A stretch of 63,587 nucleotides of DNA, filler included. It is 5 parts of 5 records of this genome, joined end to end, with 100 filler letters (N's around TTAATTAATTAA, not from the genome) between each part and the next. Parts side by side here need not be neighbours in the genome. Positions count along the whole stretch, not along the records: positions 10,205 to 33,860 come from SRR2962707_3835; 4 more parts are not named here. The stretch is one strand, 5' to 3'. Below the pieces are notes generated by a model that saw only the letters and a list, made by a program, of their open reading frames with translations, searched no databases and was not told the origin of the DNA. This document shows positions 20,683 through 30,332 of this stretch, piece by piece. Each line of letters begins with the position of its first letter. The stretch's first letter is position 1. A program made the position numbers and the translations under genes.

Positions 20683-21894
20683 ATGGCACTGATGCCGGTA
20701 GACGAGGCTCTTGGGCGCATACTCGAAGGTGCTGCACCCGCCACCGAGCCCGAAATGCTGCCGCTGGCACAGACCTACGGCCGCGTGCTGGCGCGCGATC
20801 TGCTGGCGCTCAGAACCCATCCGCCCTTCGCCGCGTCCGCAATGGACGGCTATGCCGTGCGCGCGGGCGAAGCCACAGTCGGCGCCAGGCTGAAACTGCA
20901 GGGCGAAGCCGCCGCCGGTCATGCCTTTGACGGACCGCTGGCAGCCGGGTCGACCATCCGCATCTTTACCGGCGCACCGGTGCCCGAAGGTGCTGACGCG
21001 ATCCTGATCCAGGAAAATGCCGAAAAGCTCGATGACGGCCTGGTGCTGGTCAACGAGGCGCCGGAAGCCGGCCGCTACATTCGCCCCGCAGGCGTTGATT
21101 TTACCGAAGGCAAGACCGGGCTCGCCAAAGGCCGCTTCCTCGATCCCGGCGCCATCACCTTCGCCGCCGCCATGAGCCATGCCGAGCTGCCGGTGGTGCG
21201 TAAGCCGCGGGTTGCCATTCTCGCCACCGGCGACGAGTTGCGCCTGCCCGGCCAGACGCTGGGGCCGGGCCAGATCATAGCCTCGAACACCTTTGGCGTG
21301 GCAGCGCTTGCCAAGGCTGCAGGCGCTGACGTGATTGATCTTGGTATCGCCATTGACCGGATGGAAGCGCTCGACGAGGCGCTCGATACGGCCGTTGCGC
21401 ACGAGGCGGATGTGCTGGTCACCATTGGCGGGGCGTCGGTCGGGGACCATGACCTGGTGCAAAAGGCTCTGACCGGTCGTGGAATGGGGCTCGACTTCTG
21501 GAAGATCGCCATGCGTCCGGGTAAACCGCTGATGTCGGGCAAGCTTGGTGGTATGCGGGTGCTGGGCCTTCCCGGAAACCCGGCCTCGAGCCTGGTCTGC
21601 GCGCACCTGTTTCTCGAACCGCTGGTAACACGGCTTGCCGGTCTGCCTGACCCGAACCGCATCCAGACCGCCATACTGGCCAAAGACTTGCCGGAAAACG
21701 ACCTGCGCCAGGACTATCTGCGCGGGGATCTTGAAACCAACGCCGAAGGCCAACGTGTCGCTACCCCGTCGCCACGGCAGGATTCATCACTGATGAAGGT
21801 CTTCGCCGACGCCCGTTGCCTGATCATAAGGCCACCCTTTGCACCGCCGGCCAAGGCCGGCACAATGTGTGATGTGCTGGTGTTGCGGGCCTGA
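20683..21894 (+). CDS. moeA: Molybdopterin molybdotransferase (gephyrin-like)
   Basis: SAMDGYA, RIFTGAP, TGDEL, MRPGKP, GLPGNP; start at MALMPV. Confidence 0.96.
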   Translation: MALMPVDEALGRILEGAAPATEPEMLPLAQTYGRVLARDLLALRTHPPFAASAMDGYAVRAGEATVGARLKLQGEAAAGHAFDGPLAAGSTIRIFTGAPVPEGADAILIQENAEKLDDGLVLVNEAPEAGRYIRPAGVDFTEGKTGLAKGRFLDPGAITFAAAMSHAELPVVRKPRVAILATGDELRLPGQTLGPGQIIASNTFGVAALAKAAGADVIDLGIAIDRMEALDEALDTAVAHEADVLVTIGGASVGDHDLVQKALTGRGMGLDFWKIAMRPGKPLMSGKLGGMRVLGLPGNPASSLVCAHLFLEPLVTRLAGLPDPNRIQTAILAKDLPENDLRQDYLRGDLETNAEGQRVATPSPRQDSSLMKVFADARCLIIRPPFAPPAKAGTMCDVLVLRA

Positions 21895-21961
21895 ATGGGC
21901 GGAGCCCACAGGCTGTCCGCTGAGACCGTGTTGCCGGTGCAAACCCAAGCCGCTCGCCGGA

Positions 21962-22672
21962 TCAACCGGTGACAGGCTCCCAGTCACCCTGGTTGCTCTT
22001 GCACCATTTCTGCTTGCCTGCGTCAGCCGTTCCGCCGTCCATATCGATGAGCAATTCAGTGAAGCGACAGGCCGTGTAATCGGAATTGAGCTCTTCAGCA
22101 TAAGATGCGACGGCTGTCGCCGAGCTCTGTGGCGTCGCTGGTGTGGTGGTTGACTGCGCCACTGCAGTCTGCGCCGGCTTTTCAGCCTTGACCGTGGGCA
22201 ATGGCGCTGGCGTTACCTTGGTTCTCACGGTGGCGCTCTTGCCATTTTTGGTCGTAATGCTGCGGATTTGAGGCTTGTTTGCCTGCAAAGCCGCCAGCTC
22301 GGCCTCCCGCACTTTCGCACGGTCTTCGGCGGCTGCAATTTCGACCAGGATGGCGCAACGCCCGACTCCGGCCACCGCACCAATGGCGGCGCCCTGCCCC
22401 ATTCCGCGGCTGCCGCCAAGAACGCCGCCGATGATCGCGCCTGAAATCGCTCCGATGGCAACACTGGCTACACAGTCGGACACCGCCTTGTCCATCGCTG
22501 TTGAACTGGCTTTCGTTCCGTTGGCCGTGGTCGTTGCACACCCCTGAACAACAACGCCGCACATCACAATGGCGGCAATCGACGACCGGCCCAGATTTCT
22601 GCTCGCATACTCCACAACAGCCCCCAACTTCACGACATCTGTCGATACTATTGCGAGAACAAAATAAGGCAA
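21962..22672 (-). CDS. Putative lipoprotein with glycine zipper and 17-kDa surface-antigen-like C-terminus
   Basis: Lipobox-like VQG-C; GAIxGAIIGG...GAAIGAVAG zipper; C-terminal CR...WC...GDW. Real start possibly GTG at 22615. Confidence 0.7.
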   Translation of the reverse strand: MPYFVLAIVSTDVVKLGAVVEYASRNLGRSSIAAIVMCGVVVQGCATTTANGTKASSTAMDKAVSDCVASVAIGAISGAIIGGVLGGSRGMGQGAAIGAVAGVGRCAILVEIAAAEDRAKVREAELAALQANKPQIRSITTKNGKSATVRTKVTPAPLPTVKAEKPAQTAVAQSTTTPATPQSSATAVASYAEELNSDYTACRFTELLIDMDGGTADAGKQKWCKSNQGDWEPVTG

Positions 22673-22810
22673 TACAATTTTCGATCAGAGCCGTGAGGTT
22701 TTTGAGACGAGTCCTGTCGCTCTTTTTCACTCAAAATTCCGGCTTCACATGCGCAGTAATTTCAGCATATCCATTCCGGATCATTTGCAGTCACCCGTAT
22801 GCGATCTGGC

Positions 22811-23647
22811 TCAGATCAAGATCACTCTCATATTGGTCGAACCAACACCTATGATGTCGCCATTTTTCAAGACAACGGGCGATTTTGCACTCACGGCCTT
22901 GTCGTTGATCCGTGTACCGTTTGTCGACGGCTTGTCCTTGCCTGCGCCGTCGATGAGATAATACAGGTCGCCCTGCCTGCGGATTTGACAGTGCACACCT
23001 GAGATATTCGCATCCTTGCCAAGCACCAGATCCACGCCCGGCTTGCGTCCAATCACATATACCCCCTTGGTCTTGAAGCGCTGGCTTTGCCGCAAGGTGG
23101 CGGTCTGTCCGACATGAGGACCGCTGTTGATCTGCAGGACCGCCTCTCCCCGTGTGACACCACTGACCGGTGTGACTTCACCTCTAGTTTCGACTTCCGG
23201 CAAAGTCTCGCGTTTCTGGTTTGTCGCACGGGTCACGGCTGCGACCCTGCCGGCCCAATCCGAATGCAGACAACCCGAAGCATGCTTGTTGTAGGCCGGA
23301 AGCGCATTGATGTTGAGGGATGGCAATCCACCGCCATTTGCCAACACCATCAAGAAGCGCTTGAAGCGTGCCGCCACGCCTGGCGCAGCCCCAGTCCTCT
23401 CCTCGACAATCCTGATCCCGCTGCACAACCGTCCAACCGATACGCCGCGCGCGAAGATTTCCACCACCAGGAAATGCACCAGCAAGACGACAGGTATGGC
23501 AACGATGTAGATCCATTGCGGCACGTTGGGGATGTGCCGCTCGATCAGTTTATGGATAATTACCACCAGCAACGTGACAACCAGAACATCCACGGCAAAC
23601 GCCGCAATCGACAGCCTTGCAATGGCACGTTCGTTCGCTTCTTTCAT
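22811..23647 (-). CDS. RDD-like membrane domain + FHA domain protein
   Basis: AFAVD and GVSVGRLCSGIRIV RDD-like pattern; FHA residues GR, SGVH, STNGT. Confidence 0.82.
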   Translation of the reverse strand: MKEANERAIARLSIAAFAVDVLVVTLLVVIIHKLIERHIPNVPQWIYIVAIPVVLLVHFLVVEIFARGVSVGRLCSGIRIVEERTGAAPGVAARFKRFLMVLANGGGLPSLNINALPAYNKHASGCLHSDWAGRVAAVTRATNQKRETLPEVETRGEVTPVSGVTRGEAVLQINSGPHVGQTATLRQSQRFKTKGVYVIGRKPGVDLVLGKDANISGVHCQIRRQGDLYYLIDGAGKDKPSTNGTRINDKAVSAKSPVVLKNGDIIGVGSTNMRVILI

Positions 23648-24297
23648 CCTGACAACCCCGTAAGTTGCTGCAGGATCACAAGGGCTGTCGCAACCATCGC
23701 AAAGTTCATCAGCAACCCGGCCCGCACAGCAATGACCTCCGGATCGGGCTCAAGCGTCAGGCGGAAATTGGTCTTGGCGAGAAAGATTCCGAAGGTGACG
23801 CCAACGATGGAAAACAGCAGGACAATGACAGGCGCCCGGCTGATATCAGGTTGGAATATCCATTCGATGCAGGCCGCCATGAATAGAGCGCCAAATGCCG
23901 TCACGAGATGAGCGAGCAGCTTACGCAGCTCGTTGTTGACCGATGTCAACCAGATGCCGACCAGCGAGATTGTCCAGGCGATTGATCCGGCAATGATCAT
24001 GAAGGCGATGACGCGTGCCGGGAAAACCGACAGGAGTTCGGATCCGGATGAACCGCGATAGGAGGATGCACTGTCCTTCTGGAAAAACTCGTAAATTGTA
24101 ATGAACGTCGTAAAGAGTGCCAGCCCGCCACCAATTGCAGTAACCGGCTTTCTGTATGCCTCCTCTAAATGGCCTTTAAACTCATAGCCGAAATTGGCAA
24201 ATACGCTCCCCCTGCCCAGATCGGGAATGAATGACTGCGATTTTGGCTTTGAACGGGAGGACGTCGCCTGCCGCCCGCCGCGCCTGTTTCTGTTCAT
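23644..24297 (-). CDS. Hypothetical integral membrane protein (about 5 TM)
   Basis: Basic N-terminus followed by hydrophobic segments; 4-nt overlap with the RDD-FHA gene. Confidence 0.7.
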   Translation of the reverse strand: MNRNRRGGRQATSSRSKPKSQSFIPDLGRGSVFANFGYEFKGHLEEAYRKPVTAIGGGLALFTTFITIYEFFQKDSASSYRGSSGSELLSVFPARVIAFMIIAGSIAWTISLVGIWLTSVNNELRKLLAHLVTAFGALFMAACIEWIFQPDISRAPVIVLLFSIVGVTFGIFLAKTNFRLTLEPDPEVIAVRAGLLMNFAMVATALVILQQLTGLSG

Positions 24298-24345
24298 GTC
24301 TTCCGTCTCATATTCAAATCCGAACCTCGTTGACCGGCCTTCCGG

Positions 24346-26067
24346 TCAATAGCACTGCATGCTGGCGGAACCATCAGGCGTATTCAGATTGACCGAACAC
24401 TGCTCACTGTTGCTGGCAATTTCAAAAGACCCTTCACGCTTCAAATCCTTCCAATCATTTGCAGCCTTGGCTTCCTGAATGGCGACATAGCTGAAATTAT
24501 AATCGCCCTGAATGCAGGATCCCGTGAAGTAGGCGGTCGAATCGCCATTATCCATCATGATCGTGCCTTCCGGCGGCAGGACGTTGAGATGGCTTATGGG
24601 ATCATCGCCATTGGGAAACTGGAAGGACACGTAGATGCTTTGACGGCAAGTCTTGCCGGCTCCGCCGTCATCAAAACCCGACAGGCTGTTGTCAGCCACA
24701 CCGGGCGTTTCGCTTGCGCTCACCCGGATCGTACCATCCTCGGCCGCGGCAACCTGTTGAGGTTGAGTATTCTCGGGCGCCTGCAGGGTGGCCTCAGCAG
24801 TTTTTGAAGACGGCTCCGGCGCGGAAGTCTTCTCAGGGGCATTGAGCACAATCCGGCCATCGGATCCTGCCTTTGCAGCAGACCCAGGTGCGGGCACCAG
24901 ATCGGCAGAAGCCACTTCAGGCGCACTCTTGGCACCACCGGCAATCAGGATCGGCGGCTGCTCGGCGCCCGTCAACTTGGAGAGCATCGAAACCTTGCCT
25001 TGAGCTTGGTGCAGCCAGGCGGACGCCTCACCCGCCGAGGCGAAATCATCACGCGTGTTCAGCGTAACCGGCCCGGCTCCCGGAGCGGTGTCATTGTAGG
25101 TGATCCGTACCCACTGATCGGAGAGGTCATGTGGCTTGATATCGAAATCGGCCATGCTTGCAACAATCTTGCGAGCTTCTCCGCCGCCGGCAGGCATCAC
25201 CTCGATTGCCACCAGCCCGTCCGGCTGCAATTGCGCTGCAGTGACGGCGCTCAGCCCACCAACCATAAGGAAATCCTTGGCAAACAGGTCAAACTGAGAC
25301 TGCGCGAGCCGATAATCCGGAATGGCGACTATTGCGGGGGTGGTGGCGGGTGCGGAAACTCTCTGCGGGCTAACCTTGACCGGCGACCCGAACCTCTCGT
25401 CGATGCTGTCCAGCGCCGCTTCGCGGACATAACCCTCTTCCGACGCGCGGGTGAACAGCAAGTAGCGTTGCTCTGCAGTCAGATATCCGGTTTCCGGTTC
25501 GCCAAGGGTGCGCTGAAACTGCTTGACCGCTGAACGGCTGCCCGCTCCGAAATCTCCATCAATCTTCTTTTTGTAAAGCCCGAGGTTTGCCAGCGCGCGC
25601 TGGATATCCTTGATATCCTCCTTGACCTTCGTCGCAACCGCGCTTCGCTTCTCGTCGCTCACGCTGCGCCCGGGTGCCAGAACGATTCGCTGCTTGTAGC
25701 AACGGGTGCAAGCCGACCAGGCCATTTCGTCGCCGTATTTGCGCGCCATATCCTCCTTGAAAACCACCGGCGCGGCAATCAGCGCGACCCCGATGATGGC
25801 GGCGGCAGGCGAATCGCCGGCGATTCCGCCAACCAGAAGACCGACCCCGACCCCCTGAATGATGCGCTTACCGGCGCCGTTCTTGTTGAGTGATTTTGTT
25901 GCCTTGCCGAAGTCCTTGCGGATTTGCTTGCCCATTTTCTTGAAATCAAGGGCTTGAGTGGTATCGGGCACGACAACAGCGGAACTGACCGACATCGCCA
26001 TTGCCAATGCAAAGGTGGAAACGATAGCCCCTGAACGCTTTCCTCTGGTTACCATTATACCCTCCAT
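24346..26067 (-). CDS. Exported peptidoglycan-binding (PG_binding_1) protein
   Basis: Signal peptide ending TQA-L; glycine-zipper-like stretch; IQRALANLGLY...DGDFGAGSRSAVKQFQ...TG domain; Cys-containing C-terminal domain. Confidence 0.8.
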   Translation of the reverse strand: MEGIMVTRGKRSGAIVSTFALAMAMSVSSAVVVPDTTQALDFKKMGKQIRKDFGKATKSLNKNGAGKRIIQGVGVGLLVGGIAGDSPAAAIIGVALIAAPVVFKEDMARKYGDEMAWSACTRCYKQRIVLAPGRSVSDEKRSAVATKVKEDIKDIQRALANLGLYKKKIDGDFGAGSRSAVKQFQRTLGEPETGYLTAEQRYLLFTRASEEGYVREAALDSIDERFGSPVKVSPQRVSAPATTPAIVAIPDYRLAQSQFDLFAKDFLMVGGLSAVTAAQLQPDGLVAIEVMPAGGGEARKIVASMADFDIKPHDLSDQWVRITYNDTAPGAGPVTLNTRDDFASAGEASAWLHQAQGKVSMLSKLTGAEQPPILIAGGAKSAPEVASADLVPAPGSAAKAGSDGRIVLNAPEKTSAPEPSSKTAEATLQAPENTQPQQVAAAEDGTIRVSASETPGVADNSLSGFDDGGAGKTCRQSIYVSFQFPNGDDPISHLNVLPPEGTIMMDNGDSTAYFTGSCIQGDYNFSYVAIQEAKAANDWKDLKREGSFEIASNSEQCSVNLNTPDGSASMQCY

Positions 26068-26116
26068 TCAAGTTTGCCGCACCACGCCGGGTTGCGTTGC
26101 CTTCATTTGACCATAA

Positions 26117-27802
26117 TCAGGATTGCAAAGATATTCTAAGTTCCGTACGCCCGAAAGATAATAATTTGGCATTCCTGACCTGGACCGGTACGGACCCGAC
26201 CTGCTCGTGATCGACGAAGGTTCCATTCGAGGAACCAAGGTCAATGATCGAGAGCTCTCCGTGACGATCCATTCCGATCTGCGCATGGCGGCGGGATACG
26301 GAGTCATCATCGATCACGATATCGCTGTCGGCACTGCGGCCGATCGTGCAGATCACATTGAGATCCGTGTTCCGCGCCGGACCTGCTTCAGCGACAGCAT
26401 GCTGGATTGTCGTTCCCCTCAGATCAAAGCCCGAGAGCAACCATGTCCGCTTGCCTGCTACCCTCCCGGGCCGACTGGCCTGGCCACGCTCCACCGACAA
26501 CTCGGCATTGCCAAGATGCAGCACAGAGCCGGGATGCAGGAACTGCCCCTGGGTGCGGGTGACCACCGCACCATCCAGACGAGTGCCATTGGTCGAACCG
26601 TCATCATGCACGACCAGATCATCGCCGTGATACCGAATGCGCGCGTGACTGCGAGATACCGACGGATCATCGATGACGACAGTGGCGTCGCCGCCCCGCC
26701 GGCCAAGCACCAAGCCAGTGCCGCGGAGTTCGGCGTCAAACTGGGCCAGGGAATGGATCCGGCCGCCGGCCACATCATGAAGCTGGATATCGGCGGCGGG
26801 CGGCGCGAGCGGCGTCTCGGCGATCTCGAGCCGGGTGCCTATATCGGGCGGAAGCGTCCCCTCCTCAAGGCCTGCCGTGCCCTTGCGCCAGTAGTATCCC
26901 GCGAAAAGAACCGACATGAAGGCCAGTGCCATGGACGATCCGATGCCGGTAAGTTCATAGACATCGAGCCCGCCGCGGCAACGCCCCGGCGTCACAGAAA
27001 CCCGAATTTCCTTTTCCTTCAACCCGAGCAGGACCTCGCGGACATGAACCGCGAATTCCAGGTCTCCGGGATCGTCGATGGTCAGTTGCCCGGCGTTGAC
27101 GAGGGCATTGTATATATCGTGCGCGCCAACGGTCGAACGCGTTCCCAGCGTGTTGACGCCGACAACACGGTTGCAGGTATCAAACAGCGGACCGCCCGAA
27201 TTGCCGCGGTTGATGTTTGCGCTATGCTGAATTGTCAGGCGCTGGACCGTGGGCACCAGGCGCTGGATCGTTCCGCTGGACACTGTCGGATCGAGAAGGG
27301 TCTGGTCACGCGTCGCCGGGTCGAAGACACCGCGCTCCAATCCCTTTGCAACCCGATCAGCGATCGCCGGAAATCCGATCGCGGTGACACTCTCCGTCTT
27401 GCTCAGCTCGACTGTGCCGATATCCGCCAGTTCCACGGCCTTGCCAGGCAGTGGCTGCTTTGTCTGCAGGATGGCTAGATCCTTGTCCGAATTGTACCAA
27501 AGCACCCGCGCATCGATAAAGCTGGCCTGACCTTCCTCCATGAAGGCTACCCGTATGCGCTCAGCACCTTCGATGACATGGTGGTTGGTGACCACGATTC
27601 CAGGTTCGGCAACCTTGAAGCCGGAGCCATGCCCCACGCCGTCAGCAGAGGAAACGATTATGCGGTAAACGCCGTCTTCAATGTCTTTCCTGGCCAGAGA
27701 CCAAAAGAGTGTGACCAACGCCAATATCGTGAACACCAGAGTCGCGACCAGAAAGGTGTTGCGACCACTTCTTCTCAATATGTCCTTGACTGCAATAGCC
27801 AA
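26117..27802 (-). CDS. Membrane-anchored trypsin-like serine protease with two C-terminal FHA domains
   Basis: Triad TNHHV / DKDLA / GNSGGP between two TM segments; two FHA domains with GR, SRxH and SxNGT. Start placed at TTG 27802 after GGAGGGG; ORF track starts at 27862. Confidence 0.9.
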   Translation of the reverse strand: MAIAVKDILRRSGRNTFLVATLVFTILALVTLFWSLARKDIEDGVYRIIVSSADGVGHGSGFKVAEPGIVVTNHHVIEGAERIRVAFMEEGQASFIDARVLWYNSDKDLAILQTKQPLPGKAVELADIGTVELSKTESVTAIGFPAIADRVAKGLERGVFDPATRDQTLLDPTVSSGTIQRLVPTVQRLTIQHSANINRGNSGGPLFDTCNRVVGVNTLGTRSTVGAHDIYNALVNAGQLTIDDPGDLEFAVHVREVLLGLKEKEIRVSVTPGRCRGGLDVYELTGIGSSMALAFMSVLFAGYYWRKGTAGLEEGTLPPDIGTRLEIAETPLAPPAADIQLHDVAGGRIHSLAQFDAELRGTGLVLGRRGGDATVVIDDPSVSRSHARIRYHGDDLVVHDDGSTNGTRLDGAVVTRTQGQFLHPGSVLHLGNAELSVERGQASRPGRVAGKRTWLLSGFDLRGTTIQHAVAEAGPARNTDLNVICTIGRSADSDIVIDDDSVSRRHAQIGMDRHGELSIIDLGSSNGTFVDHEQVGSVPVQVRNAKLLSFGRTELRISLQS

Positions 27803-28013
27803 TTGCCCCTCCGGCCTCACGCCACAATGCCTCACACTGCTATGATTGCCGATGGCGTGCAATGCACAATCCTGATCTTTTCACTACCTCGGCGGGTATT
27901 TTTCGCTTATTCCTCAGGTCCTATTGCAATTGCCGGTAGGATCGATTTGTATTGCCACTGCGGGGCGCAGGCCGCACTTGGGCATGGGGCACAATGAGCA
28001 AAACACTATCAAG

Positions 28014-30323
28014 ATGAGTAACAGGCACGCTCTTGAGCCCGGTACCATGCTGCGTCAGTACAGGATTGATTCTGTTGTCGGACAGGGCGGTTTCGGGATT
28101 ACCTATCTCGCCTTCGATACCGACCTTCAGCGCCGGGTGGCGATCAAGGAGTGCTATCCGCGCGATTTCGTTTCGCGCGAGGGCACGACGGTTGTTCCCA
28201 CCGGATCAAGCCAGACCAAGGATTTCCAGTGGGCGCTCGGCAAGTTCGTTGATGAAGCCACGACACTGGCGCGCTTCAAACACCCAGGAATCGTGCAGGT
28301 TCTGCAGATTATCAAGGATGAGAACGAGAGCGCCTACATGGTGCTCGAGTTTGTCGAGGGCCAGTCGTTTGACCAGTGGTTGAAGTCAAGGACCGGCCCG
28401 CCGGACGAAGAAAGCCTGAAGTCGGTGATCGCACCGCTTCTGGACGCGCTCGAAGTGGTCCATGACAACAATATCGCGCATCGCGACATTGCGCCCGACA
28501 ACATCTACATCCGCCATGACGGCACCGCCGTGCTGCTTGATTTCGGAGCGGCCAAGCAGACCCTGGTCCAGCAGAGCCGAACGCTGAACCTGGTGGTCAA
28601 GGATGGCTATTCCGCGCCTGAGCAGTATTACGCGGAAGGCCGCCAAGGCCCCTGGACCGACGTTTACGCCTTTGCCGCCACCTTGTACCGGGCTATTGCC
28701 GGCAAGCGGCCGATCGATGCAATGGCGCGGCTCGATGCTCTTAACAATGATGAGCCGGATCCGCTTGAGCCTCTGAGCAAACTGGCGCCCAGCGGCTACA
28801 CCAGCGGCTTTCTGTCGGCAATCTCGGAGGGGATGGCGCCGCAGACAAAGGCGCGGCCGCAATCGGTAAAGGCGTGGCGCTCTTCCATCCTGGGAACCGG
28901 ACCGGCTTCATCTATTTCCGACGCGGCGATTGACAAGACACGGGTTCAGCGGTTCGACCCCAGCAATTCCGGTGGCAGAAAAGATCCGGCAAAGAAGAAA
29001 TCGCGAAGTGCTGCGACCATACTTGCAGGCCTCGCTCTGGTCTGCGCAGCCGGAGTTGGCGCCTATCTGTTCTTCCAGCACTCGGCAGCCCAAGCTGAAA
29101 AACGGGCCTGGGACGACGCTGCGTCTGAAGACACCGTGGCGGCATACCAGGGCTTCATATCTAACCACCCTGCTTCCGAATTGATGTCTTCGGCGCAATT
29201 GGCGATCAGGGCCTTGAACAGCCCCTGGACTAAGGTGATTGACCTCGCCGCCAGTGAAAGAGCCAATGACGTCGCCATCACCGGCAAAGCGATCGTCATT
29301 GCCGGCGGTACCGTTGCAAGCGGTTCCACCGAGATGAAGGGTCTGGTTCAATCGGTCAGCCTAAGCGGAAGGCAGAACTGGCGGACCAGCTACGGCGGAG
29401 CCGGGTCGCATATTTTTGAAGGCATCCATGCGGCGCCTGACGGGGACTTCGTGGCGGTCGGCAACAGCCGGGAAACCGGTTCAGCCGGCCAGAAGGGGCT
29501 GGTTGTCCGGTATGACGCGAACGGCGCAGAGAAATGGGCCAAGCTGGTCGGTGACGGCGGCGACAATGGCCTGATGGACGCGTTGGTGAAACCCGACGGC
29601 AGCGTGGTCGCGGTCGGATGGGCGAAAAGCCCGAGCGGGTCCGGAACCGACGGCTGGGTGGCCACACTCAATCCGTTCGGTGACCTGATGAACGCACGGT
29701 TCCTCGGTGGGCCGGGCAACGACCGGTTCGACAGCGTCGCGCTGATGCCCGATGGCACACTGGCGATGGTTGGCCAGCAGCAACGCGAAGGTGCACAGGA
29801 CGCCAATTTCTGGCTGGTCAAGCTCGCAGCCGACGGCAATGTGATTCTTGACCGGGCCCCGGGCGGGCGGAACACGGACAGTTTTGGCGCAGTGGCGGCG
29901 ACCCGAGACGGGCAATTGGTGGTGGTCGGCCAGACCGACAGTTTCGGATCGAACACATTTGACGGCATGATCATGCGCGTAACCGCCGACAACAAGACAC
30001 CACCCAAGGTACTTGCCGAGGCCCGCGACGACTATCTGACCGGTGTGGCGCTTTCCCCGGACGACAGCGTGGTGGTGGCCGGCTACACCTCTTCCCGCGG
30101 CGCAGGCCAGACCGATGGCTGGGTGATCAAGTACAACAAGAACCTGGATACCATTCGGTGGGAACGCGTGCTCGGCGGCAAGGGATGGGATACCATCGAA
30201 AATGTGGCTGTTCTTCCGGATGGCTCTACCATCCTTGTCGGCGCAAGGGGCAAGGAAGGATCGGGCGGATCGGATCTTTGGATCATGAGGCTTGGCCCGG
30301 ACGGACAATATGACGGAAGTTAA
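28014..30323 (+). CDS. Hanks-type Ser/Thr protein kinase with TM segment and C-terminal beta-propeller
   Basis: GQGGFG, VAIKE, HRDIAPDN, DFG, APE motifs; TM AATILAGLALVCAAGVGAYLFF; about seven ~50-aa repeats (DG..vvvG...D.w...G). Start uncertain (27924, 27984 or 28014). Confidence 0.93.
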   Translation: MSNRHALEPGTMLRQYRIDSVVGQGGFGITYLAFDTDLQRRVAIKECYPRDFVSREGTTVVPTGSSQTKDFQWALGKFVDEATTLARFKHPGIVQVLQIIKDENESAYMVLEFVEGQSFDQWLKSRTGPPDEESLKSVIAPLLDALEVVHDNNIAHRDIAPDNIYIRHDGTAVLLDFGAAKQTLVQQSRTLNLVVKDGYSAPEQYYAEGRQGPWTDVYAFAATLYRAIAGKRPIDAMARLDALNNDEPDPLEPLSKLAPSGYTSGFLSAISEGMAPQTKARPQSVKAWRSSILGTGPASSISDAAIDKTRVQRFDPSNSGGRKDPAKKKSRSAATILAGLALVCAAGVGAYLFFQHSAAQAEKRAWDDAASEDTVAAYQGFISNHPASELMSSAQLAIRALNSPWTKVIDLAASERANDVAITGKAIVIAGGTVASGSTEMKGLVQSVSLSGRQNWRTSYGGAGSHIFEGIHAAPDGDFVAVGNSRETGSAGQKGLVVRYDANGAEKWAKLVGDGGDNGLMDALVKPDGSVVAVGWAKSPSGSGTDGWVATLNPFGDLMNARFLGGPGNDRFDSVALMPDGTLAMVGQQQREGAQDANFWLVKLAADGNVILDRAPGGRNTDSFGAVAATRDGQLVVVGQTDSFGSNTFDGMIMRVTADNKTPPKVLAEARDDYLTGVALSPDDSVVVAGYTSSRGAGQTDGWVIKYNKNLDTIRWERVLGGKGWDTIENVAVLPDGSTILVGARGKEGSGGSDLWIMRLGPDGQYDGS

Positions 30324-30332
30324 CTGCGAAGA

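Noticed and set aside
22651-22678. TTGCGA-N16-TACAAT with GAAC-N7-GGCA, as a lexA promoter/SOS-box remnant or antisense promoter
   Set aside because: The second half-site mismatches and there is no downstream plus-strand gene, so it could be chance.
26207-27478. Long antisense or overlapping ORFs (also 11099-12166, 16672-17712, 20569-21753, 31539-32585, 44671-45504)
   Set aside because: They are shadow frames of GC-rich real genes, with no recognisable motifs.
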